A stretch of DNA of 64,000 nt, taken from positions 6,262,001 to 6,326,000 of the forward strand of contig NC_134031.1 in the NCBI RefSeq assembly GCF_964204645.1. The letters are read 5' to 3'. The stretch is from Tubulanus polymorphus. Taxonomy: Eukaryota > Animalia > Nemertea. The translations under genes and the position numbers were made by a program. Positions 26,808 through 39,012 of this stretch are shown one piece after another. Below the pieces are notes generated by a model that was not told where the DNA came from, did no database searches, and saw nothing but the letters and a program-made list of their open reading frames with translations. Within the stretch, counting starts at the first letter, position 1. Each line of letters opens with the position of its first letter.

Positions 26808-27010
26808 TTTTTTTAACATTTATTCTTTATTGCTTCAAATTGTACATAATTTTTCGAGCACAAAAACAACAGTAATATACATAGATATAAAAGTTTACAT
26901 AATATTTTAACATAAACTGCAAGTTTTCTTATCACATTTCTATCATTTGTGTTGAATAATTTCCTAAATTTGTAGGTAGTTGGGTTTACTGTGAAAAATT
27001 GGGGTATATA
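26808..27010 (-). mobile_element. LINE 3' end fragment (ORF2 C-terminus, AATAAA, A-tail)
   Basis: YIPQFFTVNPTTYKFRKLFNTNDRNVIRKLAVYV resembles CR1/L2-group ORF2 C-termini; followed by AATAAA and an A-run on the minus strand. Confidence 0.55.
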
Positions 27011-27626
27011 GTATACATGAAGAAAGAATCCTGGCCCGTGATTAATGATTGTTGATTGAGGAAGGGCTGTTGAGCTTTGATAAAAAGTGCTTTTCTAGTT
27101 TTGCAAACTAAATCAGAAGATATTTTAAAAGGAGTGTTGATAGTTGAATGGTTGGACAGAGTTATCGGTTACAACCCTAAAGAAAACGCCCAATGGAAAA
27201 TAACGTATTTACTAAGAGCGGATTAACGAGCCCCAACAAGCTATAATTTACGAGCAGATTAACGCATTGTATACGCTATAAAAATAATGATCCGCGATAT
27301 CCAGAATTCGTATTGTATTGCACGCGAAAGGTCATTTTGCGTGTATACAAACAAACAACTAAATGTCTGTTAATTCGTCCTCTTGAGTTCAAAAGTCGAC
27401 CGTTTCGGGTAATTAATTGATCATGCGATGGTAATAAAACGAGATTTGTGTTAGTTCAGCATAAGGTGCCACGTCACGCTCTTAAGTTAGACATAACCGC
27501 AAATAAGTACATTAACTTTCATGGTCAATGAACGGCCGATAGAAATATCACATGACTCTTGGTTCATGACCCGCAGCCTTCATTTATAACACAAAAGATC
27601 AAAATTATGGAATTTTATTGAATTGT

Positions 27627-28875
27627 CAAGTTCAAGTTCAAGTTTATTTTCCATATATATATGTATATATATGATTAACAAATAACAAAGTATACATTAT
27701 ATAAATATAAATTTTTATCAATGTCTAAAGCGACAATGAATTGAAGAATTATTATTCAATAATACGATAATTTCATTTCAATTGATTTCAATAAGAGGAA
27801 ATTGTGATTTTCTTAAATCTATTTATCATTGTTTTGATGCTTGGAGAACTTCTCAAGGTGTCTGTGCTGTTTTGCCGTATCATTGGTACATTTTTCATAA
27901 AGGATCTATTGTATAAACTTGTGTTATGTAGGCCTATTCTGGGATAGTTTCTTTGGCGGGTGTTATAATTATGAGTAAATGAATTTCTATTAAATATATC
28001 TAGGACCGGTGCCGGTAGTTTGGATTTGCAGAAGTTATACGCAGTTTTTAACATTTCAAGATTGATTAGATCATATAGCTTTAATATATTTAATGATTTG
28101 AATGCGGGGACGATGGTGAGCAAATATCTGAATTTTTGATCAAACGTACTGCTCTTTTTTGAAGGATGAATATTTTGTCCAGAGTAGATGTGGTAATTAG
28201 AGGAGCCCATAAGTTTAGGCAATATGTTAGGTGGCTTTGGATATAACTGAAGTATAGGATTCTTTTGGTACAGGTTGGAACAAAATTTTTAAGTGTTTTA
28301 ATCATGTATAGATTTTTATTGATTTTGTGAATTACGGTTTGGGCATGTTCTTCAAAGGACAAATTTTCACTTATATTAAGACCAAGATTGAAATTTTTAA
28401 CATTTTTTACGGACTGATTGCCAAATTTCAGATTGATTTCATTATGATTAACTTTAAATGAATAAGGCTTAAATAACATATATGCTGTTTTAGTAAGGTT
28501 AAGGGTAAGCTTATTGGCTTTAAACCAATCGATAACAACATTTAGGTCATTTTTCATATTAGAAACTAGAACTTTAAGATTAGTTACAAATAGTGTACTG
28601 TCGTCCGCAAAGAGAACAGCTTTACAATTTCTTTTGAATTTAGGGTCAAGTTGTTGGTATAAATGATAAAAAGCAGAGGCTCTAATATTGAGCCCTGTGG
28701 TATTCCATATTCGATGCTTCTCAACTCTGAATTATGATTTTTATATTGCACAAACATATTTCGATCTGTAAGATAGCTTTTAAACCAATTTAAAGTTATT
28801 CCACGAACACCATAATAATTTGATTTTTTGATAAGAATATTAATATCGAGTGAGTCGAAAGCTTTAGAAAGATGT
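27627..28875 (-). mobile_element. 5'-truncated, frameshifted LINE (L2/Crack-like) reverse transcriptase
   Basis: LSKAFDSL, YGVRGITLNWFKSYLTDR, YGIPQGSIL, LFADDSTL, WFKANKLTLNLTKT, LQKRAVR, HNYNTRQ. 3' tail AATAAA(CTTGAA)n at 27627-27650. Confidence 0.92.
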
Positions 28876-31419
28876 AAATTGTAGATTTTTTTTCCAATGT
28901 TTTGTACTCTGCCTTGGTTACATTCGATAACCTATGGCAATGTTCAACTCAAACAAGGTGAACATGCTTAAACCATGGGCTAAATCTCTTTTTACCAGGC
29001 TTCGTATCTTTATCTTTTGAAACCAACTTGTTTAACAAATCTTCGATACACCACAAAGACAGACACTTTCATCGCCTTCTATCGTTTTTATATCTGATAA
29101 CGCGAGCGCGATGGCGAATCTAATCATCTATCCACGTATCCATGAAGTGTCCTAAGAAGGCGCATGTGTTTCCACGAGAAGAATATTTTTCTCGTGGCAT
29201 TTTCGTGAATATTGTTCTATTTGCCGAGCATAGGTCGAGCGCGGTCACGTTCGTTAAACAATGAAGGAATCATGACCGATACCGTTCGTTATCAGTAGCA
29301 GATTCGAACACGTCGGGGGGTATTTATTGACCAGTGCGCGAAAGATGAACGCGGGTATATGCCCGTAGCGAGCATAGCGCAGTCCAGCTTCTCCAAGTTC
29401 ATAGATACACTACGGGACGTATCAAATCCATTATTCTAATCTGATATCATTTATTTAAGCTTGGACTGTAAAACGTTCACGAGTCCGTGGATAAAGTTTG
29501 CTTCTTATTGACATGTCATGGACATTTTGTCAGTTATGTAACATAGTTCAGAAAGTAGAAGACATTGAGACCACAGCGAAGAAAAGCTCTCTGAGAATAT
29601 TGGACATTTTGGACATTTTATCATTTCTGTAGCCCATTAAATCAGAAAAAAATGAGGTAGACCACAACGCCAACAAAAAGCTCTCTAATAACATTCGGTA
29701 TGAGTGGATATGGATTTGGTACTTGAACTTGGTATTAACAGCTAGATTACTTGGAACTTTTATTGCCTCATATATATAACCTTATACACAAAGGATTGAA
29801 CATGCAATCACACACATTGCAATATATCACACAACTATACTTCTATGAATATTATATAACATTCGAAATATTCAATTCATACGAAAATACTCCGTGGCAT
29901 CTTGACCGGGACTCGAGCCCGATGGTATCGCGAGACTACGGTAGCAGTCACATGGTCATCAGGTTCGAATCCCCATTGAGGAAGGACAAAAAGAGTCCAG
30001 AATAACAGAAGGGAGTATATTGCAAACCATGTATATACTATATACACGGTTATACTATGATAGTGTAACGCATTTTTAGAAAATAATGTATATCTAATGA
30101 AAATCTCAGTTTCTGTGGATATCATTGTAACAGCGTACATAGGGCTTCAAATGAATCCCTCTTTTTCTTTCGTTCTGAATTCAGCCCGTTTCAGTTTAAA
30201 AAGCGGAGCAAATTAGATCGACCGAAAAGAACCGATCCCGGTCCGTTCTAAATTCTAACTTATGCAAGAGTCGAATGTTTTGATGAATGTTTTGATGAAT
30301 GGTTTAATGTTGCCGGTGATTATGCATTAAGAGATTAACCCACGACACGATTGGACAAGAAAACGTTCAAAATGTAAAACGCTGATAAGGGGACGGCAAT
30401 GCCAATACGAGCAAAAATAATTGAGCTCATATTGATGGTAAAAATGCACGCCCTTCAAAATCCTCGGCTATTCAAAACTACACTTTCAACTTATGAGCTG
30501 TTGGCGTAGTTCACATAATTTTTGAGGAATAAGTCTGCACATTGTTGGGCCTTGTTGGGTGAAAATTAGACCTCACTGCCGTTTCTCGTAATTTCTATAG
30601 CGAAAATTATAGGTTACACATGTACTACACAGCGCCCGACCGTATGCGAGAAAACAAACTGTTCTCTTAGTGAGGAATTCCTGTATTCCCGAGGCGATGA
30701 GAACGAAGAATTTTGTTTCGTAAGAAAACAATCATTTGTCGGGTTTTCCGCCTCGGGAAGGTTATAGACATTTTTTTCACAAATCGGAAAAAATATCTGT
30801 TGAGGCAGTCCGAAATGTTATGTTACTATATTACCGGAATCAATAACAATATAGTTTTTTTGCTATAAGTTGGTTTCCTATTTCCAGTAATTTGGAAAAA
30901 AGTAAGATTCGGCCGCGTGGAGCGCACGACCGACATGGCTTTTTATCGAGGCGCTAAGCGCGCTAATTGATACAAACGCGGGCACCGGTTTCGAAATTCG
31001 TATATTGTGGGCATTTTCCCTTTGACGAGCTCCCTTTACACGCTTGTAAAATCACGGATGGGCTTGGAGATGTAAACGTGTTCGTCGGAGTCGCTCCCTT
31101 CAGTTTTGATTGACAGGGGAAAAGCTAACACCGTTGGTAGATCTATTTTCTGTTTTGGACATTTTCGCTTCCTGAGAGATCTTTGAATCGCAACCATGGA
31201 GATGTGCTCTGTTGACCTGTGACATCCTTCGGCCATGTGTTCGTTCGACCGTGCGTATTGCGACGATATATATATGAGTAATTGGCGTCGCCAGCCGTTA
31301 GTGATCAGAGTAGCGCAACGCACGAACGTAGTCTCGTCTAGCGCTAATTCGAACCGGTTGAATCGTAGATTTCTTTGATATCGTTTAACCAAAACGCACA
31401 ACTTTCGTCAACATCCAGG

Positions 31420-32939
31420 ATGAATGTGATTTTGTTCGTCGCAGTCGCCATTGCTAGTTTGAGGTTCGACTTCACGGATGCGGCAGCTGCGGGTATGTAA
31501 AACATTTAAACCAATCGGTCATCGTTATTTTCGAATGTGGAACTAATCATATTTACCGTATACATAAACTACAATAAACTCTACATGAAATATGTATAAT
31601 GTTAGTAAGAATTATTTTCAAAAATGAAATGCGGTTTGAAAAAATGGGAAATCACCAAACAATGATATTGCTCACCTCGACGTTTTTAAAAAAATCTATG
31701 ATTATATCCTCTAGTCTGCAGGATTCTATAGTTCTCGTAACATGATTGTGTAAACTATTTAAGTTAAAAAAGTTCCAATTCCTTGTTCATCATTTCAGGC
31801 CTACATAAAATACCAAGTACTATACATAGTAAGATATGAAATAGTTCGAACAACTATTTGCCATTGATATTTACTATTGGAACGTAAATGTCTGGTCGAA
31901 GTGGCCGTACTAATAGATAAGATATCGATATTCTGTGAAATTCATTTCAAACATTTCGCTATCGCAAATGTCTCGACGTAACTTAAGAAATTCTATGATT
32001 AGAACTTCACCGTCAATAGAACTATCGAGGATCGGGCGCCAGCACAGTTGACTTTTCAGCGAAGTCGAACACGTATACGCTACTTTACTTTCATTTGTAT
32101 AAATCATTTCTACGAATTTCGAAACAATGAAAAACTTGTCTTTTCAGGACAATGGACGTTCGAACCTGGTCCAAATGGTAGGTAGTGATTGTAAACCACT
32201 CCGAAATGTCTTGTCCTTTTTTTCTCGCTACGCTTTCTGTGGATTTACATGTAACAACCGTTTATAATTCATAGGGCCGTCTAAATGGAAGGACGATTAC
32301 CCTCTATGCGACCCACTGTTGAATACCAGACAGTCGCCCATCGAGCTCCGAGGCGCAAGGATGGTACATGACCCAACGCTGAAACCCCTTGTCTTCAAAA
32401 ACTTCGACTCTTCGCCTACCGAACCATTTACCATGCGTAACAACGGCAAATCCGGTACGCAATATGTCTCATGATCCTCGCCATAAACCATTTTTAGTAA
32501 ATTTATGACAGCATAGCGCGAATTTCATTCTATAAAAATGGAGCTGGTTTTATCAAAAGATCCGTACTTTTTATATACTAGTTTTCGAGGCAATTGTCGT
32601 CAATATAATCATATAAAAATTTCTAATATATCTTTGATTAACAAATAGCAATATTCCATACAGGCCAACGATTTCTTCATCGATTCCGCGAATGTGTATC
32701 TAAGAAGGACTGTGATTAATACATTATTGATATAGTTGTCGTTATTGAATTTCAGCTATCATAGATCACTTGCCATCAAAGGATGAACTGGCTGGGGGCA
32801 ATCTCGAGAACACTTACATTCTGAAGCAGATTCATTTCCACCACGGCAGCAGTACAAGCGTCGGCGCTGAACATACAATTCTAGGCAAGCGATATCCTAC
32901 AGAGGTAATTAATGTCGAAAGAATGGAGATGATGCTGAC

Positions 32940-32985
<46 letters not shown>

Positions 32986-35900
32986 TTTTTCATCTTATCA
33001 TCTATTATCAAATGTTCACAACCGAAGATTGTCTAAACATTTTTTTGACGGCGTAAAAACCGTCACAATAATGTTGGACATTGATACCTTGCGATAATTA
33101 AGGGGTTCGGTGCGAGTCGGATGTGGACTACGTCATCAATATTGGCATTTCAAAATAAAATGAAAATGTGGATTTTGGTTTTTATTTCTTAGTTAAATAT
33201 ATTTCATTACATATTGTTTTATTTTTGATAGATTTGATAATTGTTATTGAGAGCACTACGTCATCAATATATCGGGGCTAGACTGGTTGCCGGTCAATTC
33301 AATTCAGTAATCGGTATGCTCTAATCCAAAATAACTTAATTGACCCTTATCATATATGATTTATATTAGATAAATCATTGTCGACAATATTACGCAATAC
33401 ATTTGTTATTTTTTGAGGCGTCAAGCTAATTTTCTTGTTGACATTTTTGCGATGTAATGACGTTTACATATTTGTTACCGTCTTCGTCATCGGCAAAAAA
33501 CGGCCTTATACACAACAAACACAAGTTTTAGAAAATTACCGCGAATCATTCTGATACCTGATTCTGTACGGAAATATTCAGAAAATGAATGCGAATGTTT
33601 TGATGTTATTCAGCCTTTTCAAAATAATGCATGTTCTTCACCAACGGCAAAAAGTAGCCGCATATTTACGAAAATCAAACGGTTCTTAAAATAGCCACGA
33701 ATACAATTCTCCGTCTATTGATTCGTTATTGAAAATTCATATAATTTCAGTTGCATTTCGTGCATTACAACCAGAAATACGGCAATTTCAGCAACGCCAT
33801 GAATTCCGTCGATGGACTCGCCGTTGTAGGAATATTACTGGATGTAAGTGTCTTTTTTCAGCGAACTTCATTTTCCTGAAATTCCATTTAAGCCATGTTC
33901 CGCTGTTGTCGCTCCACAGTAGCGATCAGTGGCTCTTCAATTCGGTTTTACGTGGGTCCCATAATCTTTAATTACCGATTGAAACAATGAAATTAAATCC
34001 ATATAATACACGTGGAATGTTTTCCATGTTCAACCGGTCGTGGCGGGGTTGTTTGTCCGTAGCGCGCGGTTGTTCAATCCGACCAAGTGATCCGGAAAAC
34101 GTAGTAGAGTGTGCGCTGAATAGTTCACACATTCTGTTATGAAGAATGGGCAGGATTGAATAGCTTGACCTTGACTTCTGGAACACTCGAGCCCGGGTGG
34201 AGATAATGAAAGACACCGTTGAACCACTACGAAAATAAAATGCCCCAATTTCAACCCCATTTACGAGACCAATTTTCTGGATGTATGGTCTCTAATGGCT
34301 AAATCGAAGAAAATTCCACGATTAGAAAGAACATGCATTTCATCAATAAGTTTCATTCAGCTTTGAAAATGGCTCATGCAGTCGAGTCGAATCGCCACTT
34401 ATCGCGCGCATATAATATTTCTAATTGTGTCTTTAACTTATATTTTATAACGAAATATAGACAGTTACCTATCTTATGGTGATTTATCTTTTTTAAGGAT
34501 ACTGGTAACCATGACAACACTGCCTATTCACCGATAACAGATAACTTACACAAAGTCGTCAATTATGGTAACTATATACTCGCATTCATGAAATAAGATA
34601 ATGCGATTGAAATATTAACCTATTCAAGGAGCTTTTACTTGATTATGAAGAATAGGTCTCGCCGAACAAAAATATACGCATTCTTGATACAAAGATTCCT
34701 GCACGGAGAAATACATTTGGGTTTGTTCTCGGCGGCGAGAATCACTGGTTTCCGATGATTTATCGCTGCTGCGTGGAATAAATAACTTCGTGAAGCAAGA
34801 ATAAACTTGTTTCATAATATATTCGAAATGAGTTTTACGCGTGGCATGAGAGAAGTGTATGAAAAATTGAAGATCGTCCTAAAGGCTGGTTTTCATGAGC
34901 GGTTTCCAGTTGCCTTTTCCAGCTAAGTGAAATTGACTTCAGCGGCACGCATTTTCATGAAGCTGGTAGCAGCTAGCTGTTTCCCGCGGCAGCTGGAAAC
35001 CGCTCTCGTAAAAACCAGCCGTTAAGTTACCGTCTGATCGGTGGATCGGCCATTGGTATCGACTTGCGGTTTTACGCTATAGGCTTCTGCACGATTCAAG
35101 AAATTGAACGTCATGTTTCCTATAGACGCTGATATTGCATTTACTCATATGCAGAAGCAAAAATACACTTCATGTTTTTGTGGCAATAGGCAAAAAGACC
35201 GGACGAACCACTTCCTAGTAGCCCTAGATTAATTTGAAAGCCGACTGATTTTACACACTAGCTTCAAAAACCACTTGCAAACCTGAGGCGCATTTGTTCA
35301 AAATCGGTTTGCAGAAACCGTTTCGGTTTGTAGGAAAATGGTGTTTGTTCACCAGTTTGCATAAACCGGCGTCTTTGTTCAGGCGTCAACCTAAACTGTT
35401 TGCGCAATCCGACTAAACCGCTCTACGAGCGGTTTGCAACATCAAACCGACTTTTCCAACATGGCCGAATAAGGAAATTTCCGCGGTCAGCTGACTCAAA
35501 CCGACTTTTCGTTCTGTCGCATTTGTTCACTCAACGGCAAACCGGTTTGTGACGCAATAAACCGATATAAACCGGTTTATGCAAACCGATTTCAAACAAA
35601 TGCGCCTCTGTCTCTGCAAAATGCCGTAGTTCGCCTATAATTCAGTCTCGTGCCGCCACCTATATTGCTCTGGAGGGAATCGCTAGCTTGATTAATTCGA
35701 TCCTATTTGATTGATATGTACGGCATTATTTTTGTAGAATCGACAGTGGACATTTCTGGATTCAACATGGCATCGTTATTACCCAAGCATCGACACTACT
35801 TCTTCTACGAAGGTGGATTGACCACACCTCCGTGTACTGGTTCAGTGCTGTGGTTTCTTTTCAAGGATCCCGTTGTCCTCTCCAAGTCACAGGTATAAAT

Positions 35901-36736
35901 CTAGTTTGACTGGCGTTTCTTAAACAGCTACCATAATTTGTCGATAAAATCAACACCAAAAACAAGACCAAACACGAAATACACAGCTAGGTTCTTTGGA
36001 TTCAAGCGATGCTCTGTTATCATGTTATGAAAAGGCGTGTTGCTACTAAGTTAGGACATAAGCAATAACGAACAAAGATTCGTGATCTCTGCATTACTAT
36101 CGATTTGTGCGTGTGATATATTGATTTAGAAGTTATGAAATATCTAGACATCGACTCTGATAGCCCGTCTCAAAGACACCTGGCAAACTTCATCATCCAG
36201 GCAAACCATTTAAGGAACTCTAACGCCATCTAACAGTGTATTGAAATAGAACACTTTGATACGCCACATAGGTCAGACTCTGGCCGGTCGGTTTAGTTTT
36301 TTTTTCTCCTCACATATAAATGTAAACGAACCCAGTTGCGCACTAAAATCAATGAAAAGAATAATATGAAATCTATCGAAATTGATCTAATTCCAACTGC
36401 GTAGCCCCCTGAAAAAACGATAATATTGGAGGATGCGTTTATGAGAAACCATAGATACGAGAGGGCATTTTTTGACTGAATTTATAGAATCATTTTCGTC
36501 GAATATTGATTTTTTAGATGAGCAAATTCTGGCTGCTGTTGAAGTCCAAAGCTAACGAAACCGCGGTGCCGATGTTGAACACTTTCCGTCCAGTGATGCC
36601 TCTCGGCCGCCGAATCATCTTCAGTTCGGACCCCGAGGAAGGAGTCCCTACCTTGAACAAAGCCTCTGGTTTGCAATGCGGTTTTCTGCTGTTCTTAGTT
36701 GCTAGTACTGTGTCTGCTTTTCTCTCATACAACTAA
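31420..36736 (+). CDS. Alpha-carbonic anhydrase, secreted/GPI-anchored type, paralog 1 (~322 aa, 8 exons)
   Basis: Exons 31420-31492, 32148-32177, 32275-32454, 32756-32904, 33751-33843, 34498-34567, 35738-35892, 36518-36736. Signal peptide; RQSPI; QIHFH; AEHT; ELHFVH; GLAVVG; [10 protein letters not shown]; NTFRP; hydrophobic C-terminal tail. Confidence 0.95.
32925..32982. repeat. (ATG)n microsatellite in CA paralog 1 intron 4
   Basis: Directly visible after the exon-4 donor at 32905. Confidence 0.95.
34884..35020. mobile_element. MITE, Harbinger-like
   Basis: TIRs: left GGCTGGTTTTCATGAGCGGTTTCCAGTTGCC; right (reverse complement) GGCTGGTTTTTACGAGAGCGGTTTCCAGCTGCC. TAA/TTA flanks. Confidence 0.7.
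35286..35607. mobile_element. MITE, PIF/Harbinger-like, with a 3-bp TSD
   Basis: ~35-bp TIR AGGCGCATTTGTTCAAAATCGGTTTGCA. CTG target duplication at 35283-35285 and 35608-35610. Internal AAACCG/CGGTTT motifs. Confidence 0.85.
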
Positions 36737-37316
36737 AATAGCAAATGGGGACGTAGAATCATTGCAATTCGTTTACATTCACTGTCTGATAATTAGTTAA
36801 TCATTACAAGCTTCTGAAATATTGATCTCGTATATTATGGATAGATTTTCATTAGTTTATCGTCTTTCATTTCATCAAATAAGTGATTTGGTTAAATATA
36901 ACCAAACTCAGGGTCTAAAATGGTTGATTGTATAGTTTTGTAAGTGTATAGTGTTAAATCGAGTGCAGTGAAATTGTTAATTGAAAGTCATGGTGATATT
37001 GATAAGTTTCAACACGCTTTTACGTATTTCTTCAAACCTTAAATAACCCTTGATTGTGATAATATTATACATGTATTTTTTTTCTAAAAATTTTGTCGAA
37101 TAAATTTGAGTTTACATGAATTTTGTCTCGGTATGGGGCGCCGTCTGGTTTATTTCTAGGGTATTTATTTCCCGTCACGAGTCTTTAGGTCCTTTCCAAA
37201 GATTTTTCCCATTACTTCTACTTCGGAGACTGGCGTGACTTGGCGACTCCATCAAGAAAGGCGTCGCGAGCAATCGACTGGTCAACTATACGAATCCGGT
37301 ATAATTTAGAATGTCC

Positions 37317-37606
37317 CAGGGGCGAACCCAGGCGGAAAGACAGGGAGGCAATTTTCCTTCGCCCTTTTGAAAATACAATGGCAATATTTTTCAGGGCACT
37401 TTTTCCACCCGCAAATCATAAGCACCACAGCGAGATTTAGCTTACATACTGTTAAATGTTCATTCAAGAAATTGTATGAAAATGCACTAAATTCTCCAGA
37501 CGGTTGTTTTGGCTGCATTTCGGATACTTAGACCTCTTTCAATATATGATATGCCCTTTGAATTCTTTGGTGCAATTGTCAAAGTCTGCCCCTGGATTCA
37601 CCCCTG
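37317..37606. mobile_element. Non-autonomous DNA element, CAGGGGCG..CCCCTG ends (hAT-like); related relics near 5037-5196, 19828-20140, 20737-20985, 22010-22300 and 44523-44721
   Basis: Ends CAGGGGCGAACCCAGG and CCTGGATTCACCCCTG; shared internal gggcact/gtgccc motifs. No clear TSD. Confidence 0.55.
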
Positions 37607-39012
37607 TTTTCGAAAGACATGGAAGCATACGAAAAAGGACAAATTAGAAACTAGAAATTAACAAATGCGCATTATGTGCCGTAAAAGTGGAACGAATGGC
37701 ACAGTCGTTTACTTTGATAGTATCACTTGATTCGGACGGCCACTGATTAATTCAAACATGGATTGTTTAATTTTGTTATGATTTTCGGTTTACGTCAAAA
37801 ATACCGTAGGTAGACAACCCGATTCGATATGGGCCATATTTGTATCCGGTAGCTAGACAATGGTAGTTCTTCTAAAATGAACTCTAGGTAGGTACCTACG
37901 TAGACTATGTGGTGTACAAATGAAAGAGAAATCCATATACTACATAGTATGATGAGAACAAAGCATGCGTTAGACGATATAACCCACATCAGCTCAGATA
38001 CAAATCAACATCTTCGCTCAAATATACATCGTTCAATTTCATATGCAACTTAATCCAACTTACTTTGACAAATCCTAATTTACCTCTCTCAAAACTAGCC
38101 CACAACCTGAATAGAATTTAAGGCCAACTACTAATCTGTCTCAGAACTATCTTACCTCAAGCGTAAGCCCATACATAAACGAGTTGTTTAACAGTCGTTT
38201 CTTTCCATTTCATCGCGTTAATAGACCCAGTGAGTTCAACATTCTAGACTATATCAATTTGTAGATTCTGAGTTCCTGTTGGTGGTTTTATAGAACAATT
38301 TTTTTAGAACTCTGACTTTAGTGCCATGTACACGTTCAGGTTTAAGAGAATCTGAATAGTTGGCCCCAGAGTGAGTTTCAAGATCGTGTCGATCATTCTA
38401 TCCTTTCCAGCGTAACTGATAGCGATAGAGTTGTCAAGATAACGGACACGATTTCATGACCAAGTGACGACGTCGAGTATTCTTATCAGATTTTTTTGCA
38501 ATCGTTGGTTCAGTGCTATGATAATGGTACCGTGCATCATAGGTGGCGACAGATGGAATTTTGACACAGGCCTACCAGGAATATAAAAACATTTTTCTAA
38601 ATTGGTATCAGCTAGTAGTCGTTTGAGCGTGAGTGATATGCTGGTGGGTTAATCTCCAATTTGCTTGGAACTAAGAAAAAAAAATGAAAATTGGCTGCTC
38701 AGATGGTCGGCGCCTGAGTGATGTCCGGCGTGGTGGACTGTATTTGAAATGTCGGACAAATTTGATATATTATATTCTAAATGCAAAACGTACTTATGAA
38801 AAACATTTTTGTTTATTCATATATGAAAGCGAGAAAGGTAGACTTCTTTGTCCAAGCGTTCGCGTATACCGATACCTGCTCTTGGATATCTTGGTAGGGA
38901 TCGATTCGTCGCGTTTCAAATAAGTTCTGGTAGGGGACAATTCTACGTGTGTCGCGTAAATGTTGTGGCGCTGTTACAGAAAGCTTTCAGACAGCACCGC
39001 AGATGTGAGAAA

